A stretch of 64,000 nucleotides of DNA from Acidobacteriota bacterium (GCA_963666215.2 CAXWPL010000002.1:64001-128000); one strand, 5' to 3'. Shown: positions 28,822-40,110, counted from the first letter of the stretch. Notes: generated by a model not told the origin, from the sequence alone. A program made the numbers and translations.

Positions 28822-30874
28822 GTGATCGACCCCGGCTTTTCGCTGCGCCGCTGGCTGCCGCCGTGGGCCCTTGGCGCAGGGCTCGTAGCGCTGAGCGCTC
28901 TTCCCAGCCTCGAGCTGGCCGAGAACCTCAGTCCGTTCACCAGCACCTTCCTGTTGGTGGTGGCGTTGAGCTGGTATTGGAGCCTCGAAACCCGCGTCCA
29001 GCCGGAGGCGCTCCCGAAGCTGCGGGTGGCGGGCTTCGCCACTCTGGCGCTCTTGATGGCGCTCATGTACGGCGTCCTGGCCAACGCCCTTTCGCTGCCC
29101 GACAGCGTGGCGGCGATGGTTAATGCCCTGCTGTTGGCAACAGCGGCGGCGTCGATTTGTGTGGTGCTCGCGGCGCTCGTGGATCTCACGCTTCTTGGCG
29201 GCCAGCGCTGGGGTCGGTACCTCGTGGTTGTCATCGGCGTGGTGTTTGCAGCCATTCTGGTGGTTTCCGTGTTGCGCGCCCATATCGATCTGCCGGCCGG
29301 ACTCTGGGAGCAACTCACCGATCCGGTGCGTGCCCCGTACCCGCTGATCGCCCTGGTGTTGCTCGCTGCATTCACCGCCCCACTCGAGTGGCTGATCACG
29401 CTAGATCGATGGCCTCGGCTGGCGACTCTCGCCGGCTGCGTGGCCGCGATGCTGCCGCTCGGTGGCTCTGTGTATGTTGACCAGCTCTTCTCTCCACCGC
29501 ATCAGCACTTGCTGCAGGCCGCGGTGAGAGTCGGGTCGATGGCGGCGCTCACGTTCCTCGGCGTTATTGTGGCTCGCGCGGCGCTGGCGCTGCCGGGCGT
29601 GCGGGCCTACGAACGCAAGGCGCGCGAGCTCGACGCGGTTTACGACTTTGGTCTGGCTGCTGGCACACCGTTCAACCCGGACGAGCTGCAGACAAGGATT
29701 CTCCAGTCGTTGCTGCTGGTGGCGGCACCGGATGTGGCGGTGGTTGTGGAGCCGGCTCTGCCGGGTACCGGGTGTCGCTGCGTGCTGTTGCGTGCCGACG
29801 CCGAGGGGCAACACGTCTACCGTTTCCGTAGCCGCGCCCGGTGGGCCGGTCTGGCGGAGAGGTTCGGTGATCGTCGCCCTGTCGCCATCGTGGACCATCG
29901 CAAGGCCCCGCCCGGAGTTCTCGAGCGCATCTGGGAGCCGGCTTCGGGTAGCTCGGTCATCGTTCCGGTGCTCTCTCACGAGGGGGCGGCGCGCGCGCTG
30001 CTGATCGCCGGGCGGTTCGTCCACCACGGCTTCAACGCTGCTGAGGTCCGGTCGCTCGCGGGCTTTGCGAGCCAGGCGGGGCTAGCGCTCGAGCACGCGG
30101 ATCTGGTGCGAGAGCTGGTGGAGGCGGAGCGCCGCAAGCGCGAGCTCGAGATCGCTCGCGAGCTGCAGGTGAACCTGCTGCCGAAGTCGCCTCCCTGCGT
30201 CGCCGGCCTCGAGATCGCCGATCGCTCGGAACCCGCCACCGAGGTTGGCGGCGACTACTTCGACTACCTGCCACTCGACAACGACCGTCTGGGTATCGTC
30301 GTGGGCGACGTCTCGGGGCACGGTATGGCTTCGGGGTTGTTGATGGCGATCGCCAAGAGTGCGATCCACACGCACGTTCAGAGCGGCGGGACTCCAGCGG
30401 TGCTGATGGAACATCTCGGCGAGACGCTGCTGAAGATGTCGGCCGACAACCACTTCATGACGCTGGTGTTCGCCGAGCTCGATGTCGCCTCGGGTCGATT
30501 CAGCTACGCCAATGCGGGCCACCACTACCCGCTCCACTATCGCGCCGCCACGGACACGTTCGAGGAGCTCGAGTCGACCGGCCTGCCCTTGGGGCTGCTG
30601 CCGATCCCCCCCCGGCCCGTTCCGGGAGGGCACAATGGACCCCGGCGACATCCTGATCTTCTACAGCGACGGCATCGTCGAGGCTAGCGACGCCAGCGAG
30701 GAGCAGTTCGACATCTCACGCTTGCGCGACGTCGTCCTTGCAAGCCGCGACCGGCCAGCCAAGACTATCGTCGAGGATGTGTACCAGGCGGTCCGTGAGT
30801 TCTGTGACGGCGTGCCTTTCGACGACGATGCCACGCTGGTGATTGTCAAGGTGCTGTCCAACGGCGAGACGTGA
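28822..30874 (+). pseudogene. Multi-TM GAF + PP2C/SpoIIE phosphatase, frameshifted at a C8 tract
   Basis: EVGGDYFD, GDVSGHG, NAGH and GLPLG in one frame; FYSDGIVE and DDATL in the next; C8 run at 30606-30613. Confidence 0.85.
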
Positions 30875-30923
30875 GTCAGCGATCGGGTTCCCTTTCCCGC
30901 AACGAGCACAGGAGAGAAGCAGG

Positions 30924-32105
30924 ATGCAAACTGACATCGGCAAGATGATGCGGGGCGAACGCTCGAGTGAGGCGAGGCTCGGGACGGTCGGAGCCTTCCT
31001 TTGCGTGATGGCGGTCGCCGTGGGTGCGATGGTGCTGGCGATTTCTTCGGGCCCTGCAGTCGCGGCCCTCGGGAACGCCGCCAGCCAGATCGACGGGCTG
31101 GCGGGGCCAGAGGAAGACGAGTCGCTATCCGATTGGACCGACCGGTGGCTAGAAGGACCTACCGGACTGATCGCCACCAAAGAGGAGGCGCGGATCTACG
31201 ACGAGCTCGACTCTGTTCAGGAGCGGCTGCAGTTCATTCGCCTGTTCTGGAACCGCCGCGATCCGCAGGTGCGCGGCGGCCGCAACGAGTTCCTCGACGA
31301 GTTTGCCGAGCGCTTGGCCTACGCCGACGAGCACTTCAGCGAAGGCGACAAGGCCGGTTGGCAGACCCTGTTCGGACGCGTCGTCATGGTCTACGGACCA
31401 CCCAGCCGGACTCGTCGCGACATGACAAGCTTCCCAGCCGGATTCTCGAATCGCCCGGCCGTTCTATGGACCTACGACAAGCGGCTGCCCCAAATACCGC
31501 CGAACGAGAATTTACTGTTCGCCTTCCGGCGCGGGCGCTGGCGGCTGATGCCTCCGTCTCCTATAGGTGACACCGGGGTGGCGGCGCAGGCACGGGCTCT
31601 CGAGCGAGCCTCCGATCTTGTGGTGATCGCCGGCGATTACCAACGGTCGTTTCACGAGACCATCGACGAAACTCTCGTCAATCCGGTTGACTACACGGAG
31701 GCGATCGACCGAGTGCGATCGCGATTCGTGGTGCCCGAGGCGCAGATCCCCTTCTCCTGGACAGCACGCAGCAGCGCGGCTGCTGCCGCCGACGGTGCGA
31801 AGGTCGACATCGATCTGACGTGGCGAATGGACACGCTTGTCTTTCATCTGGTCGGCACCAACTTCGAAACCGACATGACCATCGACGTGCAACTCCTGCG
31901 CGACGGCGTGCCGGTAGCCACGACCTCCGAGCGTGTCACCGTAGAAGTTCCCGAGTCGGAGATGGAAGGGCGTCGCGATGAGATCGTCCGGCGCTCGGTG
32001 TCGCTCGAGGCGGAGCCCGGCACTTATGTGCTCGAGCTCACCCTGCTCGACCAGATCCTCGGCTACCGGACGATCTACCGAGATGACCTCGAGGTGACAC
32101 GCTAG
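30924..32105 (+). CDS. GWxTD-domain exported protein (variant motif GWQTL)
   Basis: Signal-like N-terminus; FIRLFWNRRDP, NEF..E...R..YAD..F, GWQTLFGRVVMVYGPP. Confidence 0.82.
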   Translation: MQTDIGKMMRGERSSEARLGTVGAFLCVMAVAVGAMVLAISSGPAVAALGNAASQIDGLAGPEEDESLSDWTDRWLEGPTGLIATKEEARIYDELDSVQERLQFIRLFWNRRDPQVRGGRNEFLDEFAERLAYADEHFSEGDKAGWQTLFGRVVMVYGPPSRTRRDMTSFPAGFSNRPAVLWTYDKRLPQIPPNENLLFAFRRGRWRLMPPSPIGDTGVAAQARALERASDLVVIAGDYQRSFHETIDETLVNPVDYTEAIDRVRSRFVVPEAQIPFSWTARSSAAAAADGAKVDIDLTWRMDTLVFHLVGTNFETDMTIDVQLLRDGVPVATTSERVTVEVPESEMEGRRDEIVRRSVSLEAEPGTYVLELTLLDQILGYRTIYRDDLEVTR

Positions 32106-32208
32106 TCACATAGTTGGAGCGCGGGCGGGTGGCTCGACCTGCTCACGCGCTCCAGCAGTAGAATCTTCCAGCGCCGCCGGCTCGCGCTAGCGCGCTGCTC
32201 GGCCTGAG

Positions 32209-33291
32209 CTAGCGCGCGGCCGGCTTGGGTCGACGCGTCACGGTGGCGGATCGTTGTGCGCCGATCGATGGCCGGCGCCGCCGTTGGCCCGCGGTCGTGC
32301 TGTGAGCCTGCCGTTCGGCGATACGACGTAGGTCGTCCCAGTTGCTTTCGAGGGTGTGCAGCTCTTCACGGAAATCGACGTCGATCGCGATGCCGCCGTG
32401 GTGCAGGGGCACGAGACGCACGCCACGCTCGGCCTTGAGGATTTGTGTGCCGTAGCTCTGCATTCGCTGCGCGCGCACACGTCTCGCGAGCCATTCCTCG
32501 GCACCCTCCGCCACGCGACCGATGAGCCCGCCGCGTCGCGCCACCTTCTGCAGTTCCTTGGCGAGATAGAGCACGAGGGCGTCGACCAGAGCCATGGGGG
32601 AGCGTCGTCCGAGCAGATGGATGAGGCGACCCAGCAGCCCGACGAACGAGCCGAAACGCTCGAGCTTGCGAATCGCGTACATCTCGTCGAGCACCTTGAG
32701 TCGATGCAACCTCGATGGCACCGCAAGATTCAGTCCACTCACTCGTCCGTTCATCTCGCGCATGTGCACCGAGGTGCGGTCGGAGTACGGGCGGAAGTCG
32801 CGGTAGGCGCTGCGAAGCGCAATGCCATGGAAGTAATCTGCCTGGTCGAGCATGCCTGCAGCTTCGCTGAGGAAGTCATCGAGCGCCGCGGGTGTGTTCA
32901 AGGGATGATCGCCGAAGACCACGAGAACGGGCTCGTCGGCAGCCGGTTGTACGGCGTCGTACGCGGAAGTCAGGTTGGTGACGATCGTCGATCCCGGCGC
33001 CTGGGGTAGCGGCTCGAAGTGATAGCTATCGGGAATCCGAGCCAGCGACTCGTCGGGCGCGAGGACCCAGATCCGATGCAAGCCACACTCCTCCAGCCAG
33101 TCGAGCACGTACTCGATCACCAGCCGGCTGCGCAGCGTCAGGAACGCCTTGTTTTCGAGCGGGACCTCGGTCTCGCCGCGCTGACGACGCTGCTCGCGGC
33201 TCCGCCGCCGACGCTCCGACACCGGATTCGAGCCGGCGAGAACCAGAACCTTGAGATCGGCTGTAAAGGGGTGGGGCAGGCTGCTGCTCAT
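32209..33291 (-). CDS. MobA-like NTP-transferase domain protein
   Basis: VLVLAGS..ENKAFLTL..LVIEYVL, LVVFGDHP, AIDVD. Confidence 0.7.
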   Translation of the reverse strand: MSSSLPHPFTADLKVLVLAGSNPVSERRRRSREQRRQRGETEVPLENKAFLTLRSRLVIEYVLDWLEECGLHRIWVLAPDESLARIPDSYHFEPLPQAPGSTIVTNLTSAYDAVQPAADEPVLVVFGDHPLNTPAALDDFLSEAAGMLDQADYFHGIALRSAYRDFRPYSDRTSVHMREMNGRVSGLNLAVPSRLHRLKVLDEMYAIRKLERFGSFVGLLGRLIHLLGRRSPMALVDALVLYLAKELQKVARRGGLIGRVAEGAEEWLARRVRAQRMQSYGTQILKAERGVRLVPLHHGGIAIDVDFREELHTLESNWDDLRRIAERQAHSTTAGQRRRRPSIGAQRSATVTRRPKPAAR

Positions 33292-33300
33292 AGACGATCG

Positions 33301-33306
33301 ATTATA
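33301..33306 (-). promoter_or_regulatory. Consensus -10 box TATAAT, 9 nt upstream of ATG 33291
   Basis: Reverse complement reads TATAAT-CGATCGTCT-ATG with no SD. Confidence 0.7.
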
Positions 33307-33419
33307 GCTGTAGTGGGCGTGCGAGCGACGGAGGCAGGGGAGCCCGATGGCCGGAGACCCCGCAGAACCCGTTGCTAGCTCGGCGGGGTGACTCGCCGCC
33401 TGAACCCGGAGAAGGGTCG

Positions 33420-34145
33420 CTAGGCTCGCCTGGCGGGACGCTTGCTGCGCTGGGCGAGGATCTCTCGCGTCGAGCACGGCGCTCGCTGGATCTCACACGC
33501 CTCGAACGGCGACAGCATCAGCTTGGTTTCTGCGTCCACCCAGGCGTCGGGAAGGCGCGGCGCGGTATCGCTCGATCGGATACGCAGTTGCTGACGGTCG
33601 TGGATCTCGAACTGTCGCCGCATCTGGAGCTGCGCATCGCTGTCGACAAAAACGGCGTGCAGCAGGCCTCCAGGTAGCAGCAAGCGGTGACACTCTCGTG
33701 CGTACTGCTGGGCCAGCACGAACGGCAGACGCTCGAGCACGTTCCAGGCGCAGATCGCCGAGAAGCCGCGGTCCTCGAAAGGTAGGCCCCGTAGCTTGAC
33801 CTCGTCTTTCGAAAGCGCTGCCGGACTCGAGGGCAATCGTTGCAGACGTTGGATCTCGTGCATGAACAGGTCGAAGCAGGTGACTTCGAAGCCACGCTCG
33901 GCCCAAAAGCGCATGTTCGCGTTACTGGTTGCACCGAGGTCGAGAACTCGAGCCGGCGGGCGATCTGGCTGCAATCCGCGGCTCATGCGCCAGAACAAAC
34001 GCGACGTGTACGCGCGGTTGGGCAGCAGCTCTGTTTGCTTCCGCGGCGGCGCCGCGGGTGCAGATGACTCGGATGTGGCGAAATCACGAAGCCGGAGGTC
34101 GCGGTCTCCCTGCCGCGGGTTCAACCGGCCAACCAGACGCGGCAT
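33420..34145 (-). CDS. Class I SAM-dependent methyltransferase-like protein (start uncertain)
   Basis: RVLDLGA, LPFEDRGFSAICAWNVLE, RLLLPGGLL. Confidence 0.75.
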   Translation of the reverse strand: MPRLVGRLNPRQGDRDLRLRDFATSESSAPAAPPRKQTELLPNRAYTSRLFWRMSRGLQPDRPPARVLDLGATSNANMRFWAERGFEVTCFDLFMHEIQRLQRLPSSPAALSKDEVKLRGLPFEDRGFSAICAWNVLERLPFVLAQQYARECHRLLLPGGLLHAVFVDSDAQLQMRRQFEIHDRQQLRIRSSDTAPRLPDAWVDAETKLMLSPFEACEIQRAPCSTREILAQRSKRPARRA

Positions 34146-34148
34146 CCG

Positions 34149-34595
34149 CTAGTTGCCACCGACAACGGAGAACCGAGCCGACGCCATGACCGCCGGTTCG
34201 AGTGGTCGTCCGTCGGAACGCCGCAACTCGGCGCGCAGTTCGTGCTCGCCTCGAGCCAGTCCCTTGAACGTGAAACGCTCGGAGTAGCTCTTGACCGCGG
34301 GCAGTGAGTCGATGCGCAGGAGCAAGTAGGCGCCGGAGCGCGACCGAGATCCGAGCTCAACCCCCACCACCTCGGTACGCACGGTGACGTCCGGGCCAGA
34401 TATGGAGCTGCCGTCTTCGGGCTGTACGATTTGCAGGGAGGGCTGCGGTAGAGGCGAGGCCGCAACCGTCGCCAGGCTTGCCATCAAGCAGACAGCAAAA
34501 GGCACTTTCGATCTGTGCGAGTCGCACCAGATCATGTTTCGCCCTCCCGTCGCATGGGGGCTCCCTTCTGGCCGGGACGAGCCCGAAGGACACAC
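34149..34595 (-). CDS. Small exported Ig-like beta protein (start uncertain)
   Basis: Signal-like segment followed by PSLQIVQPEDGS..GLARGEHELRAEL. Confidence 0.65.
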   Translation of the reverse strand: MCPSGSSRPEGSPHATGGRNMIWCDSHRSKVPFAVCLMASLATVAASPLPQPSLQIVQPEDGSSISGPDVTVRTEVVGVELGSRSRSGAYLLLRIDSLPAVKSYSERFTFKGLARGEHELRAELRRSDGRPLEPAVMASARFSVVGGN

Positions 34596-34666
34596 GACAC
34601 CGACAAGAATAGCAGGTCGGAGCGAGCTTCTGTCTGCAGGGCGTCAAAGGCCCGCAAAAAGCGGCG

Positions 34667-35437
34667 CTAGCGGTTGTTCGTTTCGAGGGTGGTGTTGCTG
34701 AGCATGGTCCTCAGCAACACGACTTCTTCGTTCAGCAGTCGAAACGGATCCTGATCCGCAGCCAGCCATTCCATCAGATTGAAGGAGCCGCGCATCAGCC
34801 CGGCCGGGGAGTGATCGAGCTTGTTGAGCAGGATATGCACCATCTCGTGGGCGGCTGCGCGAGCGACGATCAGCGGCGTTAGGGACGGCAGGTAGTTGCC
34901 GCAATCGGCAGGTGCGATCTGGTCGATGCCAGCGGCCGGCGTTTCGCCACGGGCCGTTGCCTGGGTGCGCTCGCGGGTAGCTTCGCGGCAGCGGAGCACG
35001 GCCTGTTGCCAGAACCACTGCGCTTGGCGATAGAAGACGAAGCAGTTGCGTCCGATGCCGTCGTCGTCGTGCGGTGCCAGGCCGATCACGTTCGAGGGGC
35101 CGTGGAACCATCGCGTGCCGTCGGAGGCGAGCAGAATGACGCGCAACTCCTCTGTGCGCAGCTCGCGCCTCGGCGACGCGTCCATCTGCCACTCCATCTC
35201 GAGCCCGGCCTGCTGTTCGAAGATCGCCTCGATCTCGCGCTGGATCGTCACCAGCTCCTCGGGATCGATGTACTGGTGATCGATCATGTAGACGATCAGC
35301 TTGTCGGTGCCCTGCTGCGGTGACGTGGCGGACGACTCGTCCTGCGTTGGCGCAGCGATCGCCGGAGATCCCACCAGCGCCGCGAACAGCGTTAGGGAGA
35401 CCAGAACCGCTCGAGTGGGACGCGTCTTGGTGGTCAA
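34667..35437 (-). CDS. Secreted protein with zincin-like HExxH motif
   Basis: Signal peptide; ARAAAHEMVHILLNKLDHSPAGLMRG. Confidence 0.75.
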   Translation of the reverse strand: MTTKTRPTRAVLVSLTLFAALVGSPAIAAPTQDESSATSPQQGTDKLIVYMIDHQYIDPEELVTIQREIEAIFEQQAGLEMEWQMDASPRRELRTEELRVILLASDGTRWFHGPSNVIGLAPHDDDGIGRNCFVFYRQAQWFWQQAVLRCREATRERTQATARGETPAAGIDQIAPADCGNYLPSLTPLIVARAAAHEMVHILLNKLDHSPAGLMRGSFNLMEWLAADQDPFRLLNEEVVLLRTMLSNTTLETNNR

Positions 35438-35589
35438 GTCGCCTGTGTCCTCATTGCGTGTGGGGAGTTCTTGACGGAGGCGCGACAGCCGAAGGACGTG
35501 CCACTATATCACCAGGTGTGCGGCACTTCGGACGCTTCTGGACCGGTTGCATCGTCCCACGATACACGACAACACAGGACGCCTCCACG

Positions 35590-36288
35590 GTGCCCTACGA
35601 AGACATTGAAGTCCTGACGTTCGACTGCTACGGCACGTTGATCGACTGGGAATCGGGGATCCTCGGCGCGCTCTCGCCGTGGGCGCGTCGACACGGCCTG
35701 AACATCTCCGACGAGCGCCTACTCGAGCTCTACGGCGAGCTCGAGGCAAAGGCCGAAGCCGACGGGTCTCGTTACCGCGATGTGCTGGCCCGGGTCATGC
35801 GCGATCTGCACGACCTGCACGGGATTCCGGCGTCTCGCGTGGCGCCCGACGACGAAAGCCTTCTGGCGGTGTCGCTGCCGTCGTGGCCGCCGTTTCCCGA
35901 CACTGTCGCAGCCTTGCGGCTGCTTGCGGCCCGCTATCGTCTTGGCATTCTGTCTAACATCGACGATGACCTGTTCGAGGGCTCGGCCCGGCAGCTCGGT
36001 GTGCCCTTCGACTGGGTGGTCACGGCGCAGCAGGTCGGCAGCTACAAGCCGTCGGAGGGCAACTTCCACGCTCTCCTCGAGCGGGTGGGCGGCGACAGCC
36101 GACGCATCCTGCACGTTGCGCAGAGCCTCTATCACGACATCGGTCCGGCGCGAGCCGTTGGCTTGCGTACCGTCTGGGTGAACCGGCGTGGGGCCAAGCC
36201 GGGTAGCGGAGCGACGCCAGCGTCGAGCGCGCGCCCCGATGCTGAAGTTGGCAGTCTGGCCGAGCTCGTCGAGCACCTGGGACTGTAG
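35590..36288 (+). CDS. HAD-family hydrolase, haloacid dehalogenase type II-like
   Basis: FDCYGTLIDWE, LSNID, YKP, LHVAQSLYHD. Confidence 0.92.
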   Translation: MPYEDIEVLTFDCYGTLIDWESGILGALSPWARRHGLNISDERLLELYGELEAKAEADGSRYRDVLARVMRDLHDLHGIPASRVAPDDESLLAVSLPSWPPFPDTVAALRLLAARYRLGILSNIDDDLFEGSARQLGVPFDWVVTAQQVGSYKPSEGNFHALLERVGGDSRRILHVAQSLYHDIGPARAVGLRTVWVNRRGAKPGSGATPASSARPDAEVGSLAELVEHLGL

Positions 36289-36354
36289 ATCGGGGAGACG
36301 GGAGGAACGGCGCTCGGCGCGTGGTCGAGCCGGCGCTCGGCGATCCGGCCCGCC

Positions 36355-36390
36355 GGTCATCCGGGTGATCCGCGTCACCCGGGTCATCCG
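36355..36390. repeat. Imperfect 9-bp tandem repeat x4 between convergent genes
   Basis: GGTCATCCG GGTGATCCG CGTCACCCG GGTCATCCG. Confidence 0.7.
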
Positions 36391-36740
36391 ACTACGGAAA
36401 CGCCGTCGGTCTCCCATAGAAGGTGCTGGTCGCGACGGATGCCGCTGTGGATCGCGCCTTCGACGATGTCGATGCCCTTCTTGAAAATGAGCGTCGCCAG
36501 CGCGCCGGTGTCGATGACCTGATGCTTGCTGAGCACCCCGGCGTCGATTCGCAGCTCCAGCGCGAACGACGCACCGTCGTCACGAGTGACGTCGAACGAG
36601 CAGATCGAGTCGTCCGGATCCTCGTTCTCTTCCGGAGCGTGCCAGGTGGGCAGCCGGTAGCGAATTCGGAACGTTTCCTGAGTCGTGCCGTCGACGAAGA
36701 TCCACGGCAGCTTGGCTGGAGCATCACTCATCGAATGCAC
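36384..36740 (-). CDS. Hypothetical protein (about 118 aa)
   Basis: GC3-biased codons and globular composition; no family recognised. Confidence 0.7.
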   Translation of the reverse strand: MHSMSDAPAKLPWIFVDGTTQETFRIRYRLPTWHAPEENEDPDDSICSFDVTRDDGASFALELRIDAGVLSKHQVIDTGALATLIFKKGIDIVEGAIHSGIRRDQHLLWETDGVSVVG

Positions 36741-36834
36741 ACGTAGGTGGGGTCAGGCCACAGTTTGCTGGAGATGGCGGCGGCCCAGCTTATCACCGCC
36801 GCTGCGGCGGGTCAGGTGGGCTCCTTCGCGGGTA

Positions 36835-38109
36835 TCAGGCCGCTCGCATCAAACGAAATATCGTGGCGTAGTCGGGCTTCTTACCCACCATCAACAACGC
36901 GAAACGGAAGATCTTCGCGGCCGCCCAAACGGAAAGCGCAATGCCCGCAACCAGCAGCACGATGCTGAGCAGAATCTCCCAGAACGGCGGCCGCAACGAG
37001 TTGATCCGCGCCAGCATCACGAGCGGTGTGAATGGCGGGAACAGGCTGGCGATCCGCGCTGCCGTTGCCTCGGGGTTGGTGGCGGCGTAGAAGCTGATCA
37101 TGAGCGCGATGATGATCGGCAGCATCGCCGGGAAGGCGACGTGACCGAACTCCTCGGTTGTCGTGCAAATCGAGCCGGCAACGGCGAAGAGCACCGAGTA
37201 GAACAGGTAGCCGAGCACGAAGAAAATCGCGAAGTACGTCAGACGCGCCGGGTCGAGCAGGTCGGTCAGATCGATGTCCATCGCCGCGGCGCCAATGGCC
37301 ATGGCCGGCAGCACATAGAGCAGCGCAATCAGCGCCGTGCCGACCCAGATTGCCAGCTGGGTGACTCCCGACCCGAGGACGCCGATGATCTTGCCGAACA
37401 TGAATTCGGTCGCGGTCACCGCACCCAGCACCACCTCGATGAGCCGCGACGCCTTTTCCTCGACGATGGAGATCCCCATCTGCTGGTCACCGATCAGCAC
37501 GGTGATGTACATCAGCATGCTGAACACCATGGTGTAGATGAGGGCTCGCCGGGGGCCGCCCTCTTGATCGCCCTGCTCGGTCACCGTCGTCGCGGGCATG
37601 GCCGACCGCATCAGGCTGCGGATGCGCTCGAGGTCGGCTGAGCTGTCTGCAAGGTAGTCCGCCAACGCAGTCTCGCGGATCGAGCTGCGGATCTCGCTGA
37701 GCACAAGCGGGTTGTTGGTATCGCGCGCGAAGCACCGGCCTGTAAGGCCGAGGTCTTCGGTGTTTTCGATGACCAGGTATCCGTCGATGTCCTCGTCGAG
37801 GACCCGTTGGGAAAACTCCTCGCGCACGGCGTCGAGGCTTTCGAGGGTGACCTGCGTGCGCTCGCTCACCGTGACCGCGAAGTCGTCGATGCTGGCCAGT
37901 CTCTCGGTGAGAACCTCCGCACGCCCGGTGCCCACGTCGAGTATTGCGACGTTCAGCTCGTCGATGCTCGAGCGGCTGAGCAGGGCACTCACGCCGAACT
38001 GCAAGCCGATCATCGCTGGCACCAGCAGCGTGGTGAAGATGAACGCCTTGTTGCGCACGCGCGCCAGATACTCGCGGCGGGCGATGGTCATGACCTGAGT
38101 GAAGTTCAT
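36835..38109 (-). CDS. ABC-2 permease (NatB-like)
   Basis: IARREYLARVRNKAF, IVEEKASRLIEV, GKIIG, SLFPPFTPLVMLAR. Confidence 0.92.
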   Translation of the reverse strand: MNFTQVMTIARREYLARVRNKAFIFTTLLVPAMIGLQFGVSALLSRSSIDELNVAILDVGTGRAEVLTERLASIDDFAVTVSERTQVTLESLDAVREEFSQRVLDEDIDGYLVIENTEDLGLTGRCFARDTNNPLVLSEIRSSIRETALADYLADSSADLERIRSLMRSAMPATTVTEQGDQEGGPRRALIYTMVFSMLMYITVLIGDQQMGISIVEEKASRLIEVVLGAVTATEFMFGKIIGVLGSGVTQLAIWVGTALIALLYVLPAMAIGAAAMDIDLTDLLDPARLTYFAIFFVLGYLFYSVLFAVAGSICTTTEEFGHVAFPAMLPIIIALMISFYAATNPEATAARIASLFPPFTPLVMLARINSLRPPFWEILLSIVLLVAGIALSVWAAAKIFRFALLMVGKKPDYATIFRLMRAA

Positions 38110-39059
38110 GCTGCTTCCTCGTCAGGCTGGTCGACTGCGGCAGCCTCTTCCATGCTCGTTGCCCCGACCTTTTCGAGGAAGATGTCTTCGACCGAAGGCT
38201 CCTCAACGCGGAAGGCTCGTAGCTCGACCTGCTCGAGCAGAGCACGAACGATCGCCTGGGGATCGGCGCCGTTCTCCATCTGCAATCGTGCGGCTCGACC
38301 AGAGTCATTGACCTGGCGGATCCCCTTGATACCGCCCAGCTTGGCGGGGTCGCCGGCATATTCGATTGCCAGCGTGTTGTGGCCGTAGCTGGCCTTGATG
38401 TCGGCGATCTTGCCGTTCACCACCAGCTGTCCACGGTGGATCAGGCCGATCGACTCGCACATCGCTTCTACTTGGTCCATGCGGTGCGACGACAGCACCA
38501 CCGTGCAGCCGCGGCTCTGCTGTTCGAGGATCAGCTCCTTGAGCAGCCGCGTGTTGACCGGATCGAGTCCGGTGAACGGCTCGTCCAGCACCACCAGGTC
38601 GGGCTCATGGATGACGGCAGCGGCAAACTGCACCTTCTGCTGCATCCCCTTGGAGAACTCGTTGGTCATCGACTTGGCTCGGTCGGCGAGCTCCAGGCGC
38701 TCGAGTCAGGAGTCGGCGCGCTTGTTGGCTTCCGACATCGACAGCCCGCGGATCGCCCCGAGGAACGCCAGCTGCTCCTTGACGATCATCTTGGGGTACA
38801 GGCCGCGCTCTTCGGGCAGGTAGCCCACGCGGTGGCGCAAGGAGCGTGGATCGGGCGAGCCGAGCAACCGAACCTTCCCACGATCGGGGACGTAGATGCC
38901 CAGCGTCGTGCGGATGGTGGTGGTTTTGCCCGAGCCGTTGGGGCCAAGCAGGCCGAAGATGCTGCCGGACGGGACCTCGAGGCTCAGATCGTTGACGGCG
39001 ACGAAATCGCCGAAATCCTTGCCGAGTGCTTCGGTCACGAGCGCGGAATCGTTTGCCAT
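38106..39059 (-). pseudogene. ABC ATP-binding protein (NatA-like) interrupted by an in-frame TGA at 38708-38706
   Basis: GPNGSGKTT and GYLPEERGLY, then ADS*LERLEL, then FSKGMQQK and LDEPFTGLDP, all in one frame. Confidence 0.88.
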
Positions 39060-39259
39060 ACGCAGCACCCTAGCTTCGCGCCGCCTCGGCCGCAATCGGC
39101 GTTGCGTCGATTGGTGCGCCCGGCGCCGCGAGCGGTTCGAGGCGCAGGCCAGTGGGGCATCGCGCACCCGAATTGTCGGCTCCACGCGGCACGGCCCGCC
39201 CGGAGCTGATGCGGGCGGGCCGTGGGGAGAGCCTGAGTTGGGTCGACTTCCCGAGTGCG

Positions 39260-39898
<639 letters not shown>

Positions 39899-40110
39899 TC
39901 AAAGCCTCCTGGGGTTGCGGTCTCGGTAATTCGCCGCCGCCGTCTATTGGCGGCGCGTTCGAAAGCGAAAAGAACACGGGCCATGCTCTCATATCCGGCG
40001 AGAGGCGGCTAGAAACGGCCTCGTCGCGGTGTTTCAGCCGCTCGCCACCCGTGCGAGGATAGCGCCACCGCGACCGCCGGTCGGCAGTCGCTCACGCTCA
40101 CGAGGAGTGC

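Noticed and set aside
38660-38708. Selenocysteine or alternative genetic code explanation for the in-frame TGA
   Set aside because: The position corresponds to Trp rather than Cys, no convincing SECIS follows, and TGA terminates many genes in the window
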